A stretch of 62,964 bases of DNA, filler included, from Atractiella rhizophila (Eukaryota), in NCBI GenBank assembly GCA_021432655.1. It is 5 parts of 5 records of this genome, joined end to end, with 100 filler letters (N's around TTAATTAATTAA, not from the genome) between each part and the next. Parts side by side here need not be neighbours in the genome. Positions count along the whole stretch, not along the records: positions 1 to 19,696 come from MU271848.1; positions 19,797 to 39,483 come from MU271849.1; 3 more parts are not named here. One strand, 5' to 3'. The position numbers and the translations under genes were made by a program. Shown one piece after another: positions 12,170-27,046 of the stretch (position 1 is its first letter; the number at the start of each line of letters is the position of its first letter). The notes under the pieces were generated by a model. The model saw only the letters and a list, made by a program, of their open reading frames with translations, was not told the origin of the DNA and made no database searches.

Positions 12170-14627
12170 CTATAAGACAAAACCCAACTTGTGAACGATC
12201 AATTTAACAAAGAATGAGATGTCTCCGTTTAACACTTTCAATTTCGAATCCTTCATTTTGATTACCCCAATTATTACATCCAGATTCGGGGCTGAAAATG
12301 CTCTTTTCTTTGATTCCCAGTTAGAATTGTCCAATCGCTGCCATGATTGAGGATCCATCGACATTAACCGATCTGCAAGGTGAGAAAGACGGTGACCGGA
12401 TGGGAGAGATCGTCCAAAAAGTCGAGAAATAATAACACCAACAGCCCAGAGATCAGCAGGGATTGGGCGAAATTCAAGCTGTGGTCCATCTTCCGTTCCC
12501 AGCGCAGGAGCCACCACGATCGTGTCCCTCGGTATCCGTCCAAGACAGTATTATCATCGCCTTCACAAGAAAATCCGAAATTAACAACCTTAAGGTCATC
12601 AGCGATGGCGACGACGTTGTTGCGCTTGAGATCCAGGTGAGCAAATCCATGAGCATGCATGAATCCAACGCCGTCGACGAGTTGTTAAGCCAAAGTTATC
12701 GCCAGAGACGGACTCAGAATTAAGGGCGGTAGAGGAGTCCCATGAGGAAGGACAAGTAACGAGCAATGCCGTGAATTCCAAAACTTCGCGAAGGTTCATC
12801 GTGTGATTCTTGATGTGAGATATGCCGGTCAGAAACTGATTTATTTGAGTTTCCCTTGCGCTTAATGCTCGTTCAGTCATTACGCGTGCGCCATCTGGGG
12901 CGTCGGCAGCTGCCATAACCTACGGCGTCGATGTCTGCTGACACAATCAATATTGCGCTGCCAAAGAACTGAAATACGTACATCTCCCAGTAGAATCCAT
13001 CACTCTTTAGATTGACGCGACTCTAGCTGATATCCCAACTTACGGAGGGAAGATTGAACATGGAACCGCAAGAAGTCCGCCATCGTTTCCATTGCTTCTA
13101 TCACCTTGATGAGTGGCCTTGCGTTTCTTATTTGAAGCCGAAGTGCTCTTGAATGACGGCAAGTCATGATCGAAGGTTAAGCTATCTATGATCTTCGTCG
13201 CCTTAGTGGCGATCTCGCTCTCCTTAGAGTCGATCACGTCTAGGCAGTTGTAGAGCTCCAGCAGAAACCGAAATGCTTCTTCAGGGTTGTGAAGATTAAA
13301 CGTCTCCTCCAAATATTTTACGGTTCTCTACGAAATGTCAGAGCTGGTACGGGACAAACTACGAAAATCTACGCGCCATATCTGAATCGATACACAGCAA
13401 GTACTGTCGGGCAACCAGTGCGTTGGTTATGTAGTACGCGATGACAATATAGGGATGCGTTGCATCCCTTCCGATCGCACGATTCACCACTCTGACGACA
13501 GCTCCCGCTAGCAGCAACATCTGATAAAAATCTTCTTCTGAGGTGTCAGAAGATGATTGCACTTCGACAAGCACTTGGAGGTATTCCGTGTCGTAGAATC
13601 TGAAAGTCGCTTCGAGGCGTGTTTTTGTATTGTTTCATGGGAATGGCTTGCGAATCAGCAGTAGCGGGAACTTCAGGGGTGTAAGGATAAAGATGGATCG
13701 ACCAATCTTTTTTACTGAACGACAGTGGTAATAGGACGTATTAGCAGAAATCAGCGATAAATACGACAGCGCACGCGATGAAGTCCGACACGTCCGGATC
13801 GCCCGACTCACTTCGGCGTTGGGAGAGCCCTCTGGCTACAGGCATCATGTAGGTCCAGTTGAAATATGCTTCCTTGTTGTCTAAAAATCTTTTCATTGTT
13901 GGAGGCACCGAAGTAACCTGATGATAATGAAGAAGCTCCGTTGTCGATGCTCTTCGACCTTGGTTCACGGTCCTTCCTTGGAAAAAATTATTTCGCAATG
14001 ACGTTGCCACTGCTCTCGTAACAGCGTCAGGCATTTCCGGGAGCTGGAATAGTCGGCCCAGCTCAGCTTTCGCCGCACGCAACACACCAAAGATGTTAGA
14101 GTCTTGCTGTTGGTTTACTTCGAGGATGTTGTTTGCCGCAATGAGATCGAAGGGTCGAAAAGATCCAGCCTTAAGGGTCACGAAGCGTGCAAGGCTTTGA
14201 TAACCATCCAGTACGCCGTGACACCGCCAATCTCACAAACAAATCAGATATGGCGATGGAGCATGAACGTGTATTACTTACCAATGGTTGGGGGAGAAAG
14301 TAACTCGATTAGAAAGTGTAAATGTCCATCTGGAGGGGCTTCTGACCAATAGCTCGATAGCCGAAACCTACGTTCGAGCTTTCGCAATCTTTCGCAAGGG
14401 AACCGTATTCTAGTCAAGTCATGGTCTTCGCTGGGTATCAGCATCCACAGATCAAATTCTTCTCCAGCGAGTTTACTGTGAAACTTTTGAACAAGCGCCT
14501 CCTCTAACGCCGGAACTGTTTTGTGGGCAGGAATGTCGATGACCGACGTTTTCCCAATAAGTTGATTTTCATCACCCAGCCGCACTGTTTGGAAAAGTAA
14601 CTCGTAGACTTCAGTGTGAGCTGACAT
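12170..14627 (-). pseudogene. Crinkler-like gene: CR-NTD + PD-(D/E)xK nuclease-like domain + protein kinase domain, frameshifted
   Basis: The N-terminus reads ...IPAHKTVPALEEAL...DLWML...LSSYWSEAPPDGHLHFLIELLSP (HVLVxxP-like). The middle reads PRSDFQI...LVEVQS...DFYQMLLLAGAVVR. The C-terminus reads HAHGFAHLDLKRNNV...VNFGF...GTRSW/VAP..ADLWAVG. Frame breaks occur near 13580, 12690 and 12512. Confidence 0.75.
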
Positions 14628-15161
14628 CGTACTCCAACTCATCAGACCGTTGAAGTCGGTTCGCTAGCGAACCCCGAGGGGCGAGCAATTATGATGCGCT
14701 TTAATTCCCTTTCTACACTCCATAACTGACCTCTAGCCTAACAGGACAACCCTTTAAACCTACGTTTAAACACGTTGCATTCGTGTCTCTGCGTACCTGT
14801 TCGCTTCCAGCTCTTATCGCCGTTCCTCTGAACCTGTGACATGGCGATCACGTTCCCACGCAGATTCCTCCAGCTTTCAAGTTCTCCCCAATTCCCCTTC
14901 CCTAGCATACGTTCGATGGAATGAACGAGACACATTGGGATTGACGGTAACAGAGGGGAACGAGGTGGTGAGCTAGACATTCTCGACTGCGTTCCTGGAC
15001 AACTAGGGCTCGACACCGACCCGTTGGAAAACGGCTGACGGCTACGGCACACGGTACCGAAAGGCTACCCCGACCCGACCCCGTTGTGGCTTGCTGTTTT
15101 TTGTCTACGGACGGTTTCACCTCACGGGTTTGACCCGTATCATCACCGTCCGATTGGAAAG

Positions 15162-15204
<43 letters not shown>

Positions 15205-15759
15205 AGAGGTGAGAAGAACGGAGAGGGAGGATATGAGGATGTCTGAGGCGGACGGAAAGGGAAGGGGATTAATATTGCAAAAGGAAATGTGAAACAGACT
15301 GGAATTTAAATTGTACATTACACTAGTTTATCCCCGAGCTGCGTGTCTGAGCGCTTAATCATGCAGATCTGAGCCAAGAGCATATAGGGCACAAGGCGCG
15401 TAAAATACTCTGTTTGAGTCATTTTGGCAATTTGGAATGGTTCGAGACTAACGATGAAGCTCTAATCCCAGGAACTCAATCATCATGGTTGCAGCCCAGA
15501 TCAGCCAATGCCTCGACTCCTTCGCGCTCCCTGTCCAACCCGCAAGCGATGAGCGTGAGACCGCTAACACCCAGACTGCTCGTCTCACGACTATCGGCAT
15601 CAGTGCACATGTCATCCCTTTCACATCGCCCAGCACGTAGATTTGGTTTCCGATATTCTCGCAGCGGTCGATCATTGGTTCTCCCGTGACACCACACGAA
15701 ACCCCACTGTTGACGCCACTTTTCCAATTCGTTCCGATACTCATCTTCAAATAATTCGA

Positions 15760-16210
15760 AAACAACAATTGGGGTCAGAGGTTGAGGCTGACCGTGCTTT
15801 TGACAGTTGGCTGTCGGCACTAGATATCTATCGAGGAAGGAGAGGCCAAGTGCGCACGATTGTGACGACTCTGGCTATGGCATCCAGTGCGATGGAATAT
15901 TGACACTTCAAGATGAATCAATGAACGCGAGTCGATGGCTTACCGTCTTCTGGAGAACTGTCACAGGGACGCGGTGCCGATGGTTTATGGCATTTACACC
16001 TTCGGGAAGGGTATGGGATTAATTGTTATGGAGTTTTTAGAACCGGCGTCGGAATGCCAGGACAGGAAGGTTATGACATCGCAAAGGAGGTTAGTACGCA
16101 GACTCCCTACAATTGTTCTAGAGACATAAATTGGTCACAGGTTGGAACTCATCACAGCGATCAAGAAAATCCATGCTTGCGGAATTCTTCATGGCGATGT
16201 GGAGATGCGC
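15760..16210 (+). pseudogene. Protein kinase-like relic
   Basis: Fragments AYRLLENCHRDAVPMVYGIYTFGKGMGLIVMEFL and LELITAIKKIHACGILHGDVE (catalytic-loop HGD) lie in different frames. Confidence 0.55.
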
Positions 16211-16506
16211 ATGAAGAGTGGGAGGAAGACGGGTTCGGATGGAGGGAGACGATGGGTCACTGGGCACTGGCAGGGAACAGGGGAAGGCACTATTTCGGGT
16301 GCCATTTGGGAGTGACGGTCACTAAAGCATACCTGATGTAAAAGCAATGAGTTACAGATCCAAAACAGACGTAGTTTACAATGGATAGAGGAACAAACGA
16401 AAGAACGCTTTGTGTATACGTAGAGAAAAATGAATAATGATGATGGACGGGATGACGATAATGTGCGAGACACAAAAAGCTTCCTTTCTCCCAAGGAAGA
16501 CAGGTA

Positions 16507-19500
16507 CTACTTGGGAGGCGCTGCTGGCGCCTTCCCTTCTCCCCTTCGCTGCTTTTGAAGCTCCTTTCTCAACACCTCGGTCCATAGAGGTCGCTCCGGT
16601 ATACGCTCCAAAATATTATCTTTCAGTTTCGCCATCCACTCACGCTTCTCTTCATCTGTCCCAGCATAAAAAATGAACCTCGCTCTTATCATTGAATATG
16701 AGACGGAAGGAACGAGGCACATGCATGTACTCGTCGTCGTCATCGTTCGCAATCGAAGTGAGCAACGTGAGGTTATTGTCCTCGATCGCAACGACTTTGA
16801 GAAGGTCAAGCTGGAAAAGGGGGGAAGTGACGACGTCGTTGAAGGCTCGTAACCGTGCGCCTTTCAGTTGCATATACTGGCGTCTCCAAGTCTATGCCGA
16901 AATCAGAAATTACACCTTGTGGACAGTGTGCCTTACCAAGTCTCGCCTGCGATGGTTGAGGAATCCCTCATGAAAGACTGTGTCATGCCATACCAGGCTC
17001 TTAAGCCCGAACATGGCCTTGTCCAAGTTGATGGGACCAGCGTTGCGACCAATTCCAGGAAGGTAAGGCAGGCGCAGAATCTCTAATTCCACGTGTCCAA
17101 TGGGTTTCTGATCTCCCTTCCTCATGGGTTCCCCATAAGAGCTGCTAACCGCGGTACTGGATCCACTGGAGGAACTTCCGCTGCTCTGTGATTGGGCTTC
17201 AATGACCGTGAACGCAGTGTCTTGTGAGACGCGATCATTTCCACTGATAGGTGACATTAGCGGCTGAAGGATTCTTCGTTTTCGTAGGTAAGAGCCTTGC
17301 AGTTGTTCTGTCGAGAAATCGATGACCGTGCGAGCGAACACACCGTCGTTGCGACAGTGGTATAGGAGGGGTTCCCTTGAGAACGATGGTGGAATCGGTT
17401 CTCGGGCTGGGGAAGATTTTGCGGCCTTCTTTGGCGAGCCAAAGAGTCTGCCCAACCCAGAACGATGTTTCGATTCTGTGGATGTTGGAGTGACTGGTCG
17501 AGGGGGAAGGAGGTGAAAATCGCGGTTAGGGTCAATTTGGAGTTGGAACCGGAGAGAACATGTCAGCCGGGGGGCGTAGTTACTGTTACTTGTGAGATTA
17601 GGAGGCAGGGTGGTAATTCCAACTCACAGTTCCCATTCTTGATTCAAGCGAACATCGTGCGCCAACCGAAACGTATCCTTTGTCGAAACGTCTGTTTCTC
17701 CATTTGACATGACACAGGTGAAAAAGGTAGGTTTTGTGGGTACGGGTAGACCAGCAAGTCCCATTTTTATGACTGAAACTGGCTGAGTAACCAGTCTGTG
17801 AATAGCAGAGACGACGCACGTTTGACGAAAACTACCCCATATCTGCTGCGTACAGTCTCCGCTCGCTGAAGTCGAAGTTGCTCAGTCATCTCGCTCTGTC
17901 CCAGCTTCAACGACAGTTCTGACCCAAAAAGATGAAACCTACAGCATCGCTCGAACGAACTTTCTTCCATACTTTCCCACAGTCAACATCTCCAGCGTTT
18001 CCAACAGTACCAACAGTGTCCGCAGCAAAAATGACCTCTCGCTCGACGGCGCGATACTTTTTCTATACAACTCAATGAGGCATGGGACAAGAGAGGACAC
18101 CAAAGAGGCGTACGTCGCTACCGTCTGCGACACGCTCAAATTCTCTCCTCAGATTTTCCACAAATGCCGGTCCAGGAGTAGGTAGAAGGACGTCAGGCAG
18201 TATCGCGGGTTCGCTGTCCGTTCGGGGAGCAGAGTTAGATGGGGCGACTGAGACTGTTGCTTCCTCTTCTTCTACTGTTGGGTGGCGAGTCTGTCCACAA
18301 GTTTTGAATTCGCAATAAAGAATGAGGAAATAGAGGAAGCACGAACCTTCTGTACCTGCATATCCTCCGCATCCCCAGTGCTGAGACTCCTTCTTCCCCT
18401 TCCCTTCGCCCTCCTACGCGCAATGATCTCCTTCTCCCTCTGCCCAGGCGTCATTGCTCCAACCCTTGCAGCCTGCGCATTACCGCCACCTCCTATTCCG
18501 GACAGATTACTCTCCTCGCTGACTGTTCGATGATGACCTCCCATATCGCTGACCAGCCTTTCGAGCGGAGATTCGGCAGTAAGAGGTGTGAGTAACGACG
18601 AGTTTAGAGGGGGAGTTTGCAGGGCTACAGGCTGCGGAGCCGGCGCGTCAAGCAGCTGAGGTGAAGGCACTGGAGATGGTTTAGGAGGCAGAGGGGGCAC
18701 ACGGGCATCGGGTGCTGATTCAACATTGTAGTTCGCGAGTGAATCCACGAGACCAGCTTCCTCCAACCTCTTTCGCTTCATCCGCTCATGAATCCCATCC
18801 CTCGTAATCCTCGCACGTCCTCTAAAGCTTCCTCCTCCACCTCCACTACGCGAAAGCGATGACTGAAGCACAGAATTTTTGCGCTCCAGAAGTCCTCCTA
18901 AATCCCCAAGTCCACCGCCTGATAACGGATCCAGGTCCGGCAGAGAGTAAAGTGAGGACATCGAGAGGGATTTTGGCATGTGCGCATAATTCGTGTTGGG
19001 AACGGAGGGAGCGCTCGAAACCTTGGTAAGCGAATCGAGTGAGGTGGATGATGCAAGGGGGGCTGGCGGAGCGGAAGAGTTGGGAAGGCGAGGGAGAGGA
19101 CGTTGCGTTGGCGGGGAGGAAGACATGGGCTGCGCCGGTAATGCGATCTCGTCCCGCTGGTGTTCCTCGATGGCAAACTCGATGATACTACCGTCACCCG
19201 CTTCTTCCTCTTCTCTATCCTCCAAGTTTCTGAGGTCAACTTTCTCGCTCCTTCTTAATCCGAGACCAGAAAACTGCTCATCTCTCTCTTCCCGAGGACG
19301 TGGCAGGCCCTCCAAGACTTTAGCAGGTGACGAAGGGCGGGATGCTGTTTGAGAGAGAGTCGGGCTGAGAAGTTCTCCATGAAGGAGATCGTCAACCATC
19401 CTCTCCATCGAGAACCGCGAATCATCAAACGAACCCATCGAGGAACGCGAACCATTCGAGCGGAAAGAGACGTATGAGGAGTTGCCTTCCTCTTCGGCAT

Positions 19501-19696
19501 CGCGACGCTCGAACTGTGGCAGGGATAAGGAGTTTCTATCCCTCGATCGATCAATTTCCGAAGGCGGACGGTCGATGGATAGCCGCTGTTCGTTTCTCGG
19601 AGACGGAGGCATCGGTGAGAAGCTGCGCTCTTGGTGCGCGTCCATCGTCGGCGTGGGAAGGTCTATCTTCTGCATCGGGGGCGAGACCGTTTCCTC
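16507..19696 (-). CDS. BUD4: Bud4/anillin-like septin-ring protein (anillin-homology region + C-terminal PH domain), 5' end cut by the contig end
   Basis: A long low-complexity exon is followed by RRSLSTGDAED, AGDVDCGKVWKKVRSSD, FTCVMSNG..LNQEWEL and the PH domain WRRQYMQLKGARLRAFNDV...VPRSFRLIF...YAGTDEEKREW. There is one +1 frameshift in the homopolymer at 16668-16673. Confidence 0.8.
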
Positions 19697-19796
19697 NNNN
19701 NNNNNNNNNNNNNNNNNNNNNNNNNNNNNNNNNNNNNNNNTTAATTAATTAANNNNNNNNNNNNNNNNNNNNNNNNNNNNNNNNNNNNNNNNNNNN
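19697..19796. other. Artificial contig-join linker
   Basis: N44-TTAATTAATTAA-N44, which gives stops in all six frames. Confidence 0.97.
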
Positions 19797-20982
19797 AACC
19801 ATAGTTGCCTCTTTTACACCATGGAGGGACAATGAGTAGCTCGCCCCTGTCAATCTAAAGCTCTGGCCAGCTTGTGGGTGAGATGGGGAGATGATCGGCC
19901 GCAAGGACATGAATATATCAGTTTGCAGAACAGAGAATTTTCGCGATGATTCCCCACTGATGACCGCTTCAAGTTACCCAGCTCAGAGGAGAAGATGTTG
20001 CAGACGATGGCAAAAAGTACCATCGAATTGTCTTGCTCTGCTTAACATGCTCCACATTGCCTCTTAAGGTGGTGCAGAACCACGGTAAGCCATATGTAGA
20101 AAATTCGGATGCGCCAAGTACACAGCACCATATAATCATGACGGAAATATGTCTCTTTCGCAAGAGAAAACTATTCTGAGCCCTGCCCTAGGCCAAGTTC
20201 TGGGATGCAACGTTCTAAGAAAGGTGAGGGAATTAAAAGTCACGAAGGTTCAATTCTCGTTGCGAATATTGGCTAAGCAACCAGTGGAAAGGGTTGCAAC
20301 CGCAAGAGGAGGCAACAAATTTGTCATTTGGTGTCACCGAACAACCATTACGGATGTTTTTGATCACAGTTTCGCTCCATGATGCACTGGGGTGAGGAAG
20401 CTAGAGAATCTCTCTTGTGCGATGTAAAACATGAAGGCAGCAAGAAAATCACCGCATCCATGGTTAAAGACAATGTATGCCGTTATTTACTATGAGAGGC
20501 AGCAGTACCTATCATATAAGCAACTAATACATACTCGTCAAGGTAAGAAAGAACCATAAATTATGCGGGCTGTCAACTTCCTTGCCATCAAGTGAGCAGC
20601 CACGAGAATTAAGAGCATCTATCATCCATTCCGAGTGAACCGTCAATGTTTCACCAATGGTCTACGTCTCGACATTATTCCATTAGGAACTAGAGACACT
20701 CTAACGCTCTTCGCTGAATAGGCAGGTTGTCCATCCCGTCCCTCGTTTCTCTAGCTAAGCGAAGGACGAACCTCTGGATTTCTTTCAGCCCCTTCGATAC
20801 GCTCTAATGTATTCCAGCAGCTTTCTCTAATCCACAGCCCGTCTCCTTCTTTTGCACTGATGCCCTGAGCTGCTCAAACCAACTTCTGCAGGTCGTCGTT
20901 TTCGTTTCGGCAATCCTCGGACTCCATTAATCCACAAAACGACGAATAGGACGCGTCTTTCTTCCGTGCCAGAACAACCAAG

Positions 20983-22332
20983 ATGGTTCGTTACCCTCCA
21001 TGTGTATGCAGGAACTAATAACTATGCCTTGCTCTGCAGCTCCCGCTAGCGCTTCTCAAATCCGCGTCCAACAAGCCTATGGTTGCAACTCTCCCTTACC
21101 TCACTCGCAGTACCACTGATGAAGTGCCGTTTGGTTTTTTTCGTGCTGGGGATAGCTGGTCGAATTGAAGAATGGAGAGACTTTCAATGGCCATTTACAG
21201 AGCTGCGATAATTTCATGAACCTGCTCTTGCGGGAGGTGTTCCAGACAAGTGCCGTGAGTGTTTCTTCGATGCGAGATGTATGAGGGCATGGTGGTTCTA
21301 TACATACATGGGGGTTCTACACCCTAGGTCGTGTGGATGAATTAACTGTTTGAGTGTTGCTTTTGGCTTCAAGTGTTTGTGATTGTTGGCACAGTTTTGG
21401 TCAGGAAGCGATGCTGCATCGTCGTCTGTGACGTTTATAACTGAGTTTGCGGGTCATTCGTGTTAATCATTAAGGCGCCGCTTTATCCCTTCTAAACAAG
21501 CATTTCACATCTGAGGAATTGCTTGCTTGAAGCTTCTCGATGCCTATCTCATTACGACGAGTACGTTTCATGCAGCCAATTCGCTGGCGCAATCCTCGAA
21601 AAATTGTCCAAAGTTTTGACGCATGATTCTCGAGAAGCATGAGATGCGGTAGCCCAAAGGAGGCTAACGGAAAGTCTATTCAACCGTCCTAGACTGCTGT
21701 TTCTCAGCACAGTGCAACAACTGGTAGAGGCAGCTCGTGCTAACAAATCAAGCCGCACACTTCTTCTACAGCCTTATTGCACTGAGATAACCGTCTGCTA
21801 CAGATTGCTTTGCTGGAGAGATCAGCAAAGTTGACGAAGGGTGATGATTCGGTTATCCCTCGATTTTCTTATTGAAGAGAAAGCTGTTGTCACACCGAAA
21901 CGATTCAGAGACTGTACACGTTAGCCTCCCGTTAACTTATCTTCCATTTTCTCCCTCAGTTCGTCAACTAATACCTTGTATGGGCTGAGTAGAGAGGCGA
22001 CAAGTTCTGGAAGATGGACGAAGTCTACATTCGTGGAAATACGGTTCGTCCCCCGCTGTCATTCTCCATCAATATGACCTGATGCGCCGCACCGTTCCTC
22101 AGATAAAGTACGTTCGCGTTGCAGATTCAGTCATCGATGCCCTTCGCGCGCAAATGGAAGCAGAGCACCAGGCACAGCGGCAGCGGACGGAGAAAAAGGG
22201 AGATGGAGGTAGAGGACGCGGTACGGTTCTATTTCTTTCCTCTCTTCACGTCTCGTGGACCAGCTCACGGTGAGTGTAGGGAGGGGAGGGGATCGGGGGC
22301 GTGGAAGAGGGAGGGGGAGAGGAAAAAATTGA
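20983..22332 (+). CDS. LSM4: U6 snRNA-associated Sm-like protein LSm4, 6 exons
   Basis: The spliced product reads [77 protein letters not shown]... with an RG-rich tail. Intron 3 (21255-21992) is ~740 bp. Confidence 0.95.
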
Positions 22333-22911
22333 TCTCCGCTCGATCGTGCAACTCGTGGTTCAGAGAGCACGCAAGTGACAAGACAGAGTGTCTATTACTT
22401 GTATGGCTCAGTGTTAGTGATAGCGGTGTAAATGTATATAATTTCTTCGTTGGAAGTACCATTACCACCTTCGAATTCGAGTCATCACCTTGCCTGATCA
22501 ATCTGAGTCCTCTACAATAGAGACGAACAAATCATATCCTTGCTCTCGGTTGGTTTCAGAAAGCTGAAATAGCAATAGGAACGTATACAAACAGGATCCA
22601 TGTTTCGAAATGGTCTGATGCTCTACGAAAACGAGACTGATTTGAATTGCGTTCAGCTGAAGTGATATCATCATCCTTTTCGGTGAGTTACTGATACGAC
22701 CACGACCACAACAACAGCGATCACGCCCGACGTTTTCAAGCTCCAGATGATTTCCTTCTGCGTTGGATGCCTACCCGTAGTTTGAGTTCCGTAATCTTAA
22801 ATCTGTCTTCTCGTCTGCTTTCTTGTTTGATTGGTGTTCGTTCTTTGCCGGTTCTTTGCTCCGTTCGCAGCCACTCTCTTGCCTCTCCTCCACGCTCGAA
22901 CTAGAAGAAGC

Positions 22912-25241
<2,330 letters not shown>

Positions 25242-25751
25242 CACCTTTCTATTGCAATGTCACCACTCCTTTCGCTCAGCCAGGTCCATCCACTGCTCCA
25301 TTTTCAGAGCACTCCTGCTCACCCAATGTGCTGCCGCTCATGTACCCACCACTCGTCCCAATTTTCTTCGATTGTCGACGCCATCCTGCATGGTCTGTGC
25401 TGCGTCTGTGTCCTTTGAGCACGGTGATGCACGGTTCGAAATATCCAGCACAGACAAAATCCCACGCCAGTTGCTTGGAAAGTTTACCGAACCTAATCTC
25501 AACTTGGGCAGAGTTTGCTGCGCATGTACACAAGAGAACAAAGGAACAGGAGACAAAGGTTGGGTTCATGGTGGCCTTGTAATTCCTATGTGAGAGAGAA
25601 AAGGGCTGGGCTGAGGATAAGGCATAAAAACCACAAGGTACGCAAAGCAATTACCAACTTTTACAAGCTCTTCCTTACCATTGTTCAAAACCTGGCAGGT
25701 ATTTTACTTAGCTCTCCCCTATCCTAAATCCACCAAAAACTCAAAAGGAGC

Positions 25752-26754
25752 ATGGGCAATAATCAGTCGACCCACGTATTCAAAGACCCAGATCAGCGCT
25801 TCCGTCGCGACAGCGAGATAGAGCATGATGGACCAGTTGAAATTCGTCGCCCAGATTTTCACCGTGGGATACGTCCGGAAGTAAGCTTCCTCTTCCTTCG
25901 TCCATGAGGAGAAAGCGAGAGCTCATTAAAGCGTTAGATGTATGGTAAGAATATCAAAGCAAAACGGATAAAGGCCACTGAGGCTCCTGGTGTGTTTTTC
26001 TGGATCGCTTGTCAACGTTCTGACGAACTGGAGGATCAGAACCTTCCTGCTGCATTTGCGGCGAACGCTACCACGTCGAACAAGAGATTATTCGATTACC
26101 TTGCGGACATGACGTCGACGAGAGCTGCATACATGAGTGGCTTGCCGATAACTCCTGCTGCCCTATCTGGTTTTGTCCTTCCACTACTGCCATTCTAGCT
26201 TTGACTAATTGTGTTGGACGAAAAGTCAGAACTTCCTCTCAGTCCACCAACTTCCCATGCCTACCATTGGACTTTGGCGGCATCAAATCATGGAGCGTCG
26301 ACGGCCACTCGTCGACTTGATCCGCTTACAAGAGCGACCTTATCATGATCCGCCAGCTGAACTAGGTCCCAAAGAAACACGTAAAGTCGTACTCGCGGCT
26401 CTGTTTCCGCAGTTCCTCGAGGAAGAAGAAGTAGAGGAACGTCAACAATCGCTACGCGATGACTGGGATATCCACTCCCGTTTCATCGGGGCGAGAATGT
26501 GGGAACCGGATAGGAGAGAGTGGAAAGATGGAATAGGGCTGTGGGAGGAGATCAGGAGAGCTGGAACGGCCACTGATGGAGTCGAAGACGCTTGCTATGC
26601 TCCGTGGAAAGCTGCCGCTGCGATTCAAAGCCTTATCCAGGAGGCACCTGATAACTTTGAAGGCCATGCTAGGATGATTGACGAAGCAAAATCATTGGTC
26701 GGCGAGGGTAGTTGGACGAGGCGGAAGTCGTCGTATACCAGCATGTTCGGATGA
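25752..26754 (+). CDS. Hypothetical protein with an MG start (possible N-myristoylation), 2 introns
   Basis: Exons MGNNQSTHVFKD... | MYGKNIKAK... | ...NFLSVHQLPMP...MFG* are joined by GT-AG introns. Confidence 0.6.
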
Positions 26755-27046
26755 TTGTCTTTGTTGCTTTGCTCTATTCCATTGAATGATATTGCTTGCG
26801 TCGAGACATTGATCAGAGACATCTACTCTTTCTCTCTGAAAGCTATTTCCCTCAGTTGGCTAGACCCAGTCCAACTAGTAGGTAAGCGAGGCTATTGTTT
26901 AGAAACTTCACTCTTACAATCTTGAATAGCCCTGATAGTCACATGACCCTGATGTCCGAGTGAACGAACATTGACACTTGACACGGTTCCCACAAAATCA
27001 GAGATGACATCGAAGAGCCTTCTGTCCTCTAGAGGCAGAATCCAGG

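Noticed and set aside
15162..15202. Poly(A) as a SINE or retrogene tail
   Set aside because: No pol III A/B boxes, coding remnant or target-site duplication was recognised. It is kept only as a low-interest note.
21841..21910. Box C/D snoRNA (GTGATGA followed by TCGGTTATCCCT, complementary to LSU rRNA)
   Set aside because: There is no properly placed CTGA D or D' box, and the putative guide is explained by local pairing with GATAACCG.
21659..21929. Group I intron, RNase P/MRP RNA or TPP riboswitch inside the LSM4 intron
   Set aside because: TTCAGAGACT resembles the group I R element, but there is no downstream S element. GGAAAGTCT lacks the P2/P3 context and full P4 pairing of RNase P. CTGAGATAACC lacks the TPP P4/P5 consensus.
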